From positions 1 to 64,000 of the IMG/VR virus record IMGVR_UViG_3300031949_000016: DNA of 64,000 bases, one strand, 5' to 3'. Source of the DNA: a virus. Its lineage: Duplodnaviria; Caudoviricetes. The position numbers were made by a program, and so were the translations under genes. Shown here piece by piece: positions 49,601-52,201 of this stretch (position 1 is the stretch's first letter; every line of letters starts with the position of its first letter). Below the pieces are notes generated by a model that searched no databases, was not told where the DNA came from, and saw only the letters and a program-made list of their open reading frames with translations.

Positions 49601-49610
49601 GATTCGGCAT
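28665..49610 (-). CDS. giant (~6,981 aa) polyvalent internal virion protein: zincin HExxH, ParB-like, GGDEF, N6-MTase + SNF2 helicase (DarB-like), ddrB-like ParB, LPD38-like C-terminus
   Basis: Uninterrupted ORF with GGAG RBS before the ATG at 49610. Motifs: FVHEAAH, TDGHRRL, ISGDEF, VLEPAAGVGHF/ISNVPF, HDVGAGKT/VDEAH/QSEGRILRPGN, VESGNGRTLAL, LLNYS...FPYEFW. Confidence 0.9.
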   Translation of the reverse strand: MPNPPINPNPVPRWKFIPIKPKTTDRVIAPPDITPDQSRRLWESLKVPHQPLDVRQRAPTWLNFAKSKVEIRDDGKLYVMPDKESLTRYQQVMKAVEAVRPAWETFGQRMAAAPQFKMLGIKAPAPQKLVSSTMPTAPKLAIAETPSPQPSPYKGEEVTGIMQIANVVNPATRMGLQAPTTTTTDQEAQAYAPYSPFQTLDEQGGFVIDPGTPGQDWNIEYRREKGKVYRRIVLNPMVSMTPLTTPEEVGKPQGQQFGMPEGDPESTMRGGFGRLMGNPWVQLGQSALQGGLPAALVGGAILGPLGAALGGAAGTIGMLIQNEQMRQMQETAKTAEELASAKRAYDQSLPGVALTVLNAPAETAKRLIGTGVQGIASLVNPQQYGFDKSKSFGENLAAAWNAAELTYTAANIDVRGVFGVEHLADAIVKGKPAYTPWGGWQDNAQFVDWDTGPAPMPGVNAIAWARQQIINGANPEQVKALAAATFGAPGQIRDLALNITLDPLNFIGAGQRGALKLYARFAKDEAMAKALSATPHRLKMDKFPFPTIAYTGGLVKTLENYRRIITSEIPFRSDFVAARDLNWLQKLYVGKTMAKLAETGTYAETKGIKGLFTLEPMSEAKENMHQSLNFWQSQLNNRMDVNDPLYADKITAAVLSTIGSDPSKLPKDFAGRDAYVGALQTLEGRVHVRSLGEAESYTDLLDGFKNSRLQAGAIETAARALNDTPAGIFARIKAGDGKAVLREFADAEVLTQSGKGAKAKGERLKIGAADATADDLVAIQKLFKEVDKDGRMVPFNNEQYKAALFSIILENTGLWAAKTFQVQPPGFAQRLAGAVKAVESTLLMGPNLGFLMNNVWNGEVTMMARGVWGLTGVKAGIERMRHMGLDPSRLRAGASAADLSELNDAEAWGVKAYKVGERELTAGFQQTDLVHKITELGHKISSKMPATAAAQKVERWQSARAVVKGFFDFRNHNWRRGKAIDYMSPELEGQLRGFGIDPAYVYAAVESGANPREIRGAIFAAAPKPILHQYIGQVARDLGLADDEITRLLSIDGLDQVINDELGKLPDKPTDGHIRKAFDNVRARGEQSVNEAAQVEAEQFGAHAMEAIKAGDVGAALDSIDGIETRLFDTYAYTMLRHDEEWAKIEQQPKKPLRDFMIEQLREKDAQSWKTYFDYEDAVYRGIETGMKDAGLNLSDNWLTAARDKRARVETFIGERNKILAQFFADKRTDEAWIQTQNVLNNLYTQLADDQLAINTRVDAYLSAEFKRAFGDTTGDAFANWRETVRKFNDEDMRAVAAFRDSMKDVKGRKIKGQRWLAFNKERTTRRRMIMIQGMEARHRVMEVMPIKPGIETTKVVTTDFETVNGRTPFAPERAPVGPAPVHVPTPVEVLPDVNAARAAAGQPPIERAEAIPPEELRAAQDAALAEEMVSPQMRAEGEARVPVMITRDMRQRLYDLGYTSDVVNAMTPLRANEILSAGTTAVRPVPVLANMDRAALKATGWDRGVQGLLRAVNKDRKVKGLDPYGTAAEVPLTEAVESMNMRLEARRADVARKMAETDAAKRLADGALSATDQVAKVVQADADVNVAAAELVAPLPGDGPAAAPAWTRQRFADEVAAKWYDAATPDYGDKVAALMALMDAQAGVWSRTFDLPAEEFYSLWAGVIGEAPRAIGPEKFAQWASETGFTQAEVDQAIKSGRFVSPSAWPEKTPEQIDRLNAVVEEAKKYPAARGLTDQYGTPLFQMEPTLTPALSLEGRGGRAPKAAFELVDGWQRTIRGFEARDTSSFVHEAAHGFLYDLYDASHVSKQALDDVGTFRDWLKTEHGLDVALVDGRIVANSDTLPTGWEAVERDGVTVVSNRRGEIVGQGTERSQAIRMGLDNGAQEEWARGFERYMVDGYAPTPQLRQLFERFKKWLVEVYKRIKGTDIDINLTPEMRAVYDRLLTEVEPAYPMTNVPHGLRVDQFVKQSDYRSAYSGQYVQGESILASSKTVPSTVFERLPLRPGQWVIDDAYGGIYGHEIEQVRLLDPDTLRPTEHMVEGNEQGRGWDADRYAAWLREGRNAPPIRVVEHIDGGHVVTDGHRRLAAAKQAGFPVLAIVSPLMDTGTFDSGGRMMQTGMTYEGALLDAFRRGDAVDLEQVVAVRAEVMDGQYPNLKRKFPDLFTGPDVSDGSLIGAHVAVTGLDEIGKVIDVFTPGRAKLVLDSGREITVPRKDITAVASTPAEIEAMKPSPQRTGIVSEPVVAPEVVQAPEQVAAQFQQMRAEAFRTSPQQAAMFPLGEDLPLVSGAGRRGVVESFAPAEAVPVERLPGFETRPEFGAVSRKGAKPQREAGPMFGEVAPVPATFVKPKAPWEIRRDEYALDSWQEELERFRDRPDILDTKDRKTEIEHFKEIHAGSVNKAIDDGRPVPAEVLADYPVLEKKAQRRWVKPVQSDLVPVVVDNKRVDVALRASIDEMTTADRAEAIQILRDQILVNPVSNAPSVTAYHLVAKRAIQVHSDVDGLKWVNDTFGHGAGDALLRAKAQALREEGIETYHISGDEFYAQFDNVDEAQAAMQRVRDRLNHATVRWVNPDGSTHEATGVRFSYGYGTDATIAEAGLAADKAARIASGERSARGERPGGMVEPVEGAGVGAGGRAFGGGVATGGEVAAGAAKEPWQIRRDEWLQGDIRKQREAQALAKVEDSVAGIGRDKLVEIGYIKPDEATAEPWLERVATKKAEWVSRVLGGGIKNLKKGQSAIEFLSKPWNIFKDSEGETRLRKAALEYVRGRSDGWLEKGEGFDDPRVLTLAKHEAAVGDALEKGLPVPAEVLADYPFLVTKAEAATGYVAVAAAREIGRGAFARGVPRVPPSTMPSEGWKEWLTGWDEANLAADRPVFVRNNGDIGKVVRWDENGDPVVAWSDEPSKPYATKQWREIRARDFEELMGTRLGAARKSTMTAYADEYGWKLAQVELIESPYVRGSRLGERGNRLEWVDRETGKYGTGTASGRVEADGRVFIQGDDGQGYIKQSKEVEYAPSQPETRVSPAEVGEELIQPSGDRVEVTEAVHADVVNPPDEAFKVGDRVSLQDGKHGVISSVDTLQWQSIYGTDAGQSVYVRVKTDVGTDVSARMGELQHEVGEAPAVVRWPEVNGTPHDPADFERIIQYDLKKARSARDSARRRRTPVPRAEDIRKAEGYEKSAAEARRVIAEWTAQNPEEAAKYITPDPVVNAADQINPVATATGVRMQYNKAKSGVEIIFDDKPDQATLDELHAAGFRWSQPQKLWWAKQSERTIAAAKKFAGVVEGGEVSGKLEVVSADVAEVQKFLDAGRGAVLPDQVTPRHVAQTAFQKGDRVKWTTRDGKELTGTIDLNVYGTDTYVSVNVDQIVAVRGVPIGRIENVPLERVEMVEPRPVTPAEVVPSPQPSPYPARTGAFGGEGVMAGRENIARRIADSTRARAPDIVEVTSRKGDDGNWYRNDFFPRGVEGTSEWRVDGFAYRSPEGQTYGTLVDTREELIARHMARQNKDVGEFYDKLLAMPNEKLVEQAQYFLKETPKLEEVSPSPQPSPLLGEGVAPAFKPPEWFNEDYVSDSGYLRVYHDTRSRSGERVYMTYDTRKGDVSTSRVDTSKELSAAIQRVVNKDRLITEAEAVPVAARYEVVRNSRTRLYAVLDREQGGSFIQDVTQAEAERVAGQLNEAAAVPVAHKFNVGDVVNRGAMESYVVTGYADNGRVMVEPKGLNLAERTYSFNEDELTHVTTEAVPVQETVTHLTGEVTPSGDIIVTERPAYIRAKNDIMRVKRWEDEMPVGNWTSSPLVEYRATGSWKPATAGDFTEVGQQQMGGFRRKVIDSYRKEFEGVINAQRLEPTTTEVAGLIPEAIPVRPGDIGNVVVPPAGGGGPVGAGRPIAAVGVEPGAAVEGPVGGVNEPGTELRPGAGVGEGGLAAGRRAGAGGVAGAEPERVAPSPQPSPYEGEGATLPPVVHARNTPQAATGNNYHITASDHLGAGGKKTKYRENIEAIRLLKQLEAEGRKATPEEQEVLVRYVGWGGLAEVFDNKNAARTHWDYKTRRDLNNEWYDQYTEVKDLLTPEEYAAARASTTNAHYTSFDVISGMWQAVQRMGYDGGKVLEPAAGVGHFIGAMPPELFAKSKVVTVEMDTLTGRILNQLYQGTGNHISPYQDLPLPKNYFDLAISNVPFGNFGVADAEFLSRPHWLRGSIHNYYFAKALDQVRPGGMIAFITSSFTMDAPTSQRVREWLHTNGADFVGAIRLPDTAFKQNAGTEVMTDVIFLRKRLIGDTPTDTQWFKVVDWTGQDGKVYQINEYYRDHPEMMIGNAAESTMYKRFDEYSLRSKTDFQKDMNAVAKLTLKLDNPDDLPRMLNETIDRLPEDVIRTRTHLLPTEMEAEIVGRKRGAAGERRKPNAIYKNDQGQIRQYTVEGTLKGLEKPADVKPADWDQALARYPDYVTVRDAYQNVIDALREARPETDVRSAQQSLDAAYDAYVKKHGRFNERSNRRLFADDPDYPLMLSLEKVNETTGKIEKETLLTKIKPRGLPTTAENAHDALAISLLTRGSVDFDQMTRMTGKDVQTLADELGALVYHDPEAGWVTDDEYLSGNVRQKLAQAELLAKADPDYDRNVAALQKAQPAWIGYDKMKVKLGAGWIKPAYVQEFVAHLANYGYDATRAQWLRYIPETGDWVMAAPQWARGSNQMAAKWSTNRRSGIDLVDSILSGRKIEVRDTYKNDAGVEVSVINAKETEAARLVATRIENEFDKWVWTDEARRADLEKTYNDTFTSNVNRKYDGRKVYPDQRLPGMSETIEPLRDAQLTAIWRGVHTPNFGLFHDVGAGKTRIMIGIGMEQRRMGLRHNLMYVVPKDNYTDFSKEFHQMYPTANILELTARDISDEARRTLMMAKIAAGEYDAVLVPHSTFTLIPVRDETFNAYKQERIDSLKILLDELNDQAASYGSERDLRQQDPALDRSIRRLKNQIEKEGEQLRTPEKAAAEQAAKEARVSRKKGKTVKEKEKAIARKEAKVEEQFLKLEARRDRGLTFEDLGVDQMFVDEAHKFKNLPIDTNMATHVRGLGSTGKSSQRAEDLYMKLKYLQSRGGGSTFATGTPLSNSGSELYTMMKYLYSDRLKAMGIESFNAWAAMFANIYGRPERSATGGAWTRVNRFREYQNGRALLPLLFEFSDIQTADMLSLERPAFDIINHVIPQTEYQIRLNEDFQRRWKNIKPPRPGEKAEDYAFTIMNDAKDVALDIRLYDAAAADAGDSKVNTLVKNVDEIYKQTQDYNGAQLIFLNRGVYEHTMAAEEGAAARLKLSIYNDVRDKLIKAGVPKEEIAYIQDYPLGGASDKAVAKAMAARRELFEAVNDGKVRIVFGTYEGLGTGVNLQRRLFAVHEVDVPYKPSELTQSEGRILRPGNLHKAWDKSVQIHRYMLENSGDSFNWNLIVNKAKLMNQIFSGDVTIDSFETPDAGASGFDMSYVSTWNDPRALEYVDVSSRYTLLEMARNEFADRQKSYERRLARAQSDIPFYEKQAAEYAATAEKVAARRAEKFGATLNGKAIEKVGEAGDEVIAYVKKNFEAMNEENAKQLGAVWRTIGDTSSGFEVKVTARRNEYRDGKRIVDRPWFDVQIAFRDDPTIIYRRMGGFWLGEENAVTVGQIVNRNVADDITIASQTASGNATAARNSVAAAEAGLRETFPEEDEWKKLSVRMPELQAYMDNLQTVAAEKVAEVDGVNADTEASMKAEDLADDQVESPIEQTPRQVLYQVGDPVPAAVMGIPAPNGRGFMGGTTTARGADPTKTYDLRWRLVEMDDLIASHDSVGNVNAAYPPELQPRDRANAVNMLQVREIASKFESAAYLDDVRSIDRGAPIVGADGVVESGNGRTLALRMVADNAPEKYADYRDKLIARAGEYGFAPEQVGQMTRPVLVRERPSTALRSAQDAIAERMEFARAANVTPSAAMSASELAQRDARILSPVILNSLTIGESQTIEQALRSPANIDAVRAFVDALPETERGDVVDAAGNLSQNGIKRMTAALFAKTYPGEAGQRLVRVFFESTDNDIKRIANGMMASLGDVARAEGLIASGSRYAEFSIANDLAISVDKLATLRAEGTPVAHYLGQMQLFEKDLTPFQTDVLVTLDDLGRSGKKIGILLRDYASRVKASADPHQISMFAIEAPKKDTLWQLSKQALWGVDTPTGGLELYKMAEGESVPTSEGNKVVKQVTPKQVTVENPNGTTTAIPIIKPGSLPLPPGIVNEIGSMPTPYASAAMDVWQKQTMPVIDALESRMIEGLQSPYVKTGQTLDEPAKLGLNRWLDQQYGNMSNTNLGAMKWGEWLRDAALLNYSRRYKYNTLLGMVFPYEFWTTQSMMKWALHSIDKPSLVASYFRINKFLNTEVTREGTPSRLAGRIKIPLPFLPDWMGGGIFIDPMKIGLPIQNFIYPWEQFAEQEGRLTAKADRILTGWQDDDQQDADQVRSALESHSGTLWESAIAEAKKQDPNLDVDGVDLAFSVLSPHLPLSMAYNQLNGHPERNSPVPLTRYARAVSNALGVGDNLVNGVTRTLGLPVFDQWSDYRIDREISNMAADGLISADEARTAMIERKGQAFDIAVAREATMNFWQTGFGGLFGSAVGVYPEGEKKQRELGLLYSAAWQAQNNGDTGSITKFFNEHPEYEARLALYDNKDDRLRNFLVDKVWEKWANMPHAYRLDVQQAFGNDFDTMFLNKDTRSYSSIPIETLQQWAATMGMMIPNGPDVKPLPVEWTDPITAKQIEGYYTLREAMFNWPNVSDAQTEYFNLDHEKLDFTGAPAAVTDFVGLVRAQWPNIEQVIGEYLDLPKGSTERRQYKAAHPELTAYWNAVDRWKAQHPSLAGYVGSAGKMQNAVAVRVRDQFLQDNPAIEVYWDWRRSFLGQYPAVQPYLDETAKMYAQNETPAASDWYDAGYTIPPELSNIAVAWIFGGRRPNSSAMKKFTAAWNQAGQPYGSVEEWVMREMALQ
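37751..49175. repeat. five in-frame palindromic repeats (PSPQPSP..GEG) at ~37751-37789, 38954-38992, 39354-39414, 44336-44372 and 49142-49175
   Basis: Core CCCTCTCCC-loop-GGGAGAGGG plus GGGGTGAGGG, all in the same orientation. Confidence 0.85.
37790..38095 (-). CDS. alternate-frame gene nested in the giant ORF (TnpV-like small helical protein)
   Basis: GAGGGGG RBS then MLNDWN...FGQEILEMWWFHRPEVVDQWEQDGQL...QALELVKADW. It is globular, while the host frame there is a G/A/P linker. Confidence 0.55.
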   Translation of the reverse strand: MLNDWNPLPPKLQDLYRRLSPFGQEILEMWWFHRPEVVDQWEQDGQLLPLVSSLAQRSKDQLAELMSQGRSYDQALELVKADWPLEDAPEPEELPEPSLSE

Positions 49611-49621
49611 TTGCTTCTCCA

Positions 49622-49693
49622 AAATAAAACGCGCCGACTGTTTGGGCAGTTCTGTGTGACTGCCCAAAGTCGGCGCGTTGTTGTCCGTTAGCC
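49622..49693 (-). ncRNA. conserved leader hairpin motif, copy upstream of the giant gene
   Basis: GGCTAACGGACAACAACGCGCCGAC-[GGGCAG..CTGCCC]-GTCGGCGCGTTTTATTT, followed directly by the RBS. Confidence 0.6.
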
Positions 49694-49780
49694 AGACGAA
49701 GTACCCGTCCCCAAAAGAATGGGGATTGTTTCATCTATCTTATCATAGTCAAACTTCATAAGTCAATTTGGTTCCTATCC

Positions 49781-49809
49781 TTGACATGCACACGCAGCGC
49801 GTATATAAT
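49781..49809 (+). promoter_or_regulatory. perfect consensus sigma70 promoter driving the RAMP/repeat cassette
   Basis: TTGACA (49781-86), 17-bp spacer, TATAAT (49804-09). The ATG at 49816 is the predicted +1. Confidence 0.85.
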
Positions 49810-49815
49810 GTACGC

Positions 49816-50025
49816 ATGAAGACCATACGCCTGACCGATGAACTCTACCGGCAACTCGCCGAACGTGCAAAACGAACACACCGCTCGATAAACTCCGAGG
49901 CTGTGTTCGCGGTTGAATCCTATCTCATAAGCGTTTCGGAATCCATGCCAGAAATACCCCGCGAAGACGCGCCACCCATCAAGCGACGGCGTTCTCGAAT
50001 GCCGACCAACCATCCTAATCCATAA
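49816..50025 (+). CDS. Arc/ribbon-helix-helix repressor, leaderless
   Basis: MKTIRLTDELYRQLAERAKRTHRSINSEAVFAVE is the classic Arc-like RHH pattern. Confidence 0.8.
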   Translation: MKTIRLTDELYRQLAERAKRTHRSINSEAVFAVESYLISVSESMPEIPREDAPPIKRRRSRMPTNHPNP

Positions 50026-50043
50026 CACGAAAGGATAAGTATC

Positions 50044-50598
50044 ATGTACGTCATCACGGGAGAAATTCAGGGGGTTGCACCATTGCTGTTCAACAAGATG
50101 CTGGAAGGCGAACTCGAACAAACAGCGTCCAGCAAAACCCTCAAGGGCCGCGTGACCGTTGAAGACCGCATCGCGGAAGCGGAAAACCGAGTGTATCGAA
50201 ACGAGGCTGGCATCATTTACCTGCCGGGTTGGAACTTCAAGCAATGCCTGTTGGAAGGCTGCCGACGCTCCGGCCTCAAAGTCGGGCGCGGTTCACTGAT
50301 GCCCTATCTGCAAGCCGCCGTGTTTCCCGATCGGGAATTGTATTTCTCGAACCGGAAGACGCACGATTTCATGCACGAGAATTGGGGCCGACGGCCCCCG
50401 CGCACCGGCGGCGCATGTATGGTCAGGCGTCCGGCGCTCAAGGAAGGCTGGAAGTTGGCCTTCAACCTGAACATCGTCGACGATCGCCGTCACCCCGAAG
50501 AGATCAAACGCTCGCTTGAAGAAGCCGGCCTGCTCGTCGGCATCGGCTCGTGGCGACCGGAGTACGGTCGCTTCATCGTGACAAAGTTTGCATCTTAG
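50044..50598 (+). CDS. stand-alone Cas7/RAMP-like protein (Vipr-like)
   Basis: N-terminal strand + APLL, YLPGWNFKQCL (RAMP 'IPgssiKG' equivalent), and a C-terminal Gly-rich loop GLLVGIGSWRPEYGRF. 184 aa, no other cas genes nearby. Confidence 0.75.
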   Translation: MYVITGEIQGVAPLLFNKMLEGELEQTASSKTLKGRVTVEDRIAEAENRVYRNEAGIIYLPGWNFKQCLLEGCRRSGLKVGRGSLMPYLQAAVFPDRELYFSNRKTHDFMHENWGRRPPRTGGACMVRRPALKEGWKLAFNLNIVDDRRHPEEIKRSLEEAGLLVGIGSWRPEYGRFIVTKFAS

Positions 50599-50609
50599 AA
50601 CTTGAATAA

Positions 50610-50674
50610 TGCGCGGCATGGCCGGGCGTAGCCTGGCCGGGCTCGGCAAGGCTAAGCAAAGCAAGGCAAGGGCA
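50610..50674 (+). ncRNA. pentamer-phased RGC-NN array 1 (putative guide RNA)
   Basis: GGCAT GGCCG GGCGT AGCCT GGCCG GGCTC GGCAA GGCTA AGCAA AGCAA GGCAA (50615-50669), starting 16 nt after the RAMP stop. Confidence 0.75.
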
Positions 50675-50694
50675 TCACAACAAGAAGGAGAATC

Positions 50695-51003
50695 ATGGAC
50701 CGTGACAGCAAACGCTTGGAACCCATTATCGACCCGGCGATCAACGCCATTCGATCCATCCTGACGGACGGCGAGCACACCGACAACGAGATCACCGCCG
50801 CCCGCATCGCCAGCAGTGTTCTGGCCACCTGGTCTAAACTCAAGCAAAGCGAGCGCGCGCAAGAAGCCGTCTACTTTGCAATGGCCCGCGAACTCGCGCA
50901 AGATCAGGAACAACTCGCCAAATACATATCGATGACCCTGCCCGATGTTCCACTGGTCAGAGTCCTCGACGCCAAGAAGTTGCCCGCTCCAAAGAAGAAG
51001 TAA
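50695..51003 (+). CDS. 102-aa helical hypothetical protein between the two arrays
   Basis: AAGGAG RBS; basic C-terminal tail PAPKKK. Confidence 0.7.
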   Translation: MDRDSKRLEPIIDPAINAIRSILTDGEHTDNEITAARIASSVLATWSKLKQSERAQEAVYFAMARELAQDQEQLAKYISMTLPDVPLVRVLDAKKLPAPKKK

Positions 51004-51007
51004 ACGC

Positions 51008-51077
51008 GGCAATGCTCGGCATGGCGTAGCAAGGCGAAGCACGGCATGGCGTAGCGAGGCGAAGCCCGGCAGGGGAC
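51008..51077 (+). ncRNA. pentamer-phased RGC-NN array 2 (putative guide RNA)
   Basis: GGCAA TGCTC GGCAT GGCGT AGCAA GGCGA AGCAC GGCAT GGCGT AGCGA GGCGA AGCCC GGCAG (51008-51072). Confidence 0.75.
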
Positions 51078-51089
51078 GTAACAAGATCT

Positions 51090-51122
51090 AACGCGCCAAC
51101 GACTTCATCGCAGGCGCGTTGG
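51090..51122. terminator. hairpin closing the cassette, possibly bidirectional
   Basis: AACGCGCC...GGCGCGTT stem between convergent genes. Confidence 0.5.
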
Positions 51123-51177
51123 TTAATTCACCAATTACTAATTACAAAGTTCCCGTATACTGTCTGGACCAGTTATC

Positions 51178-52041
51178 TCAAATTCTCCACGTCATCATGT
51201 TGTACCACCAGTCGGCCGGTTTGCTAGGCCCGTAATCAGGGTAGGACGGATACGGATACCCACCTCCGCCATACCCTCCACCGCCTCCACCCCCCGTATA
51301 CGCCGGCATCGCCACCGGCTCTTCATTCGCCAGCCCCAGCCGCGCCTTATCGTACTCCCGCATCCTCACCCGCAAGTCCTCGATGTCGTACATATTATCG
51401 GGTGCTGGCTGCAGTCGCGCGGCCTCGTTCGCGGTCAGTTCGCTGCGCAGGATCGGCGGAGTCTGCGGCGCGAAGTGCATCCCGCGCGTCGCCGGACTGC
51501 CCGGCAGCAAATACAACGGTGGCTCGGCCATCCCCGGCACCGGCTGCCCGCTGCCCCCCGGCAAATCATAGTACGCCGTTGGCACAGCCGGATACAGTCC
51601 TCCGCCTTCTCCGAACGCCCGCATCTTCCGTGCGTAAGCCGCCGTCGAAAATGGATTGTTTGGATCGAAAAATGGCGCAGCCGATGCCATCTCTTGCGCA
51701 CTGACAGCACCCACCGGCCCAGAATACAGCGGCCGGCCTCGGATGTCCAGCGCATACTGCGGATTCATGACGCTGGCTTGACTTCCGAACCTGCTTTGGA
51801 ATGCCGGCGGGATATTGCCCCGCCCCCCGCCTCGCCCGCGAAACCGCATCGCCTCAATATCGCCCGGACTCGGCACCCGATTGCGCGCCGTCAGCGTTGA
51901 AGATACCGGTTTTTGTGGGGTCGGCCTCCACCTGCTGCGCAAATCCTCGATGTCCATTAGACCACCCTTCGTCGGCGGAGTCGGCATCCGTTCCTTATTC
52001 ATGAATCGCCGATATAAATCCTTCCAATCGTCGTAGGCCAT
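51178..52041 (-). CDS. low-complexity P/G/R/M-rich putative internal (ejected) virion protein; start MAYDD
   Basis: Disordered composition typical of podoviral core proteins. The upstream in-frame extension is only the 27-bp repeat. Confidence 0.55.
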   Translation of the reverse strand: MAYDDWKDLYRRFMNKERMPTPPTKGGLMDIEDLRSRWRPTPQKPVSSTLTARNRVPSPGDIEAMRFRGRGGGRGNIPPAFQSRFGSQASVMNPQYALDIRGRPLYSGPVGAVSAQEMASAAPFFDPNNPFSTAAYARKMRAFGEGGGLYPAVPTAYYDLPGGSGQPVPGMAEPPLYLLPGSPATRGMHFAPQTPPILRSELTANEAARLQPAPDNMYDIEDLRVRMREYDKARLGLANEEPVAMPAYTGGGGGGGYGGGGYPYPSYPDYGPSKPADWWYNMMTWRI

Positions 52042-52178
52042 GAGATAATCCCCCTCTCTTGGTGGGATGAGATAATCCCCCTCTCTTGGTGGGATGAGAT
52101 AATCCCCCTCTCTTGGTGGGATGAGATAATCCCCCTCTCTTGGTGGGATGAGATAATCCCCCTCTCTTGGTGGGATGA
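52041..52178. repeat. 27-bp perfect tandem repeat, 5 copies
   Basis: TGAGATAATCCCCCTCTCTTGGTGGGA x5 with no spacers. Confidence 0.95.
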
Positions 52179-52201
52179 CTTCACCCCCCATTCACCATTG
52201 A

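Noticed and set aside
49611-49667. First 19 codons of the 7000-aa track ORF
   Set aside because: They run through the leader hairpin; the GGAG-preceded ATG at 49610 is the more plausible start.
49760-49770. Partial gapped match (AAnTCnAT) of array 2 next to its own promoter, and ATnCGnGT of array 1 at ~4106
   Set aside because: Only three doublets match before failing, which is expected by chance.
50610-51077. Pentamer arrays as a canonical CRISPR mini-array or a plain microsatellite
   Set aside because: There is no 25-40-nt repeat/spacer structure. The variation is confined to two fixed positions per unit and the arrays are tied to a RAMP gene, unlike slippage microsatellites.
49756-51084. 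Minus-strand ORFs 49756..50244 and 50293..51084
   Set aside because: Antisense shadows of the plus-strand cassette, which has the promoter, RBSs and recognisable motifs.
52041-52178. 27-bp repeats as a CRISPR array
   Set aside because: The units are contiguous with no spacers; this is a tandem repeat.
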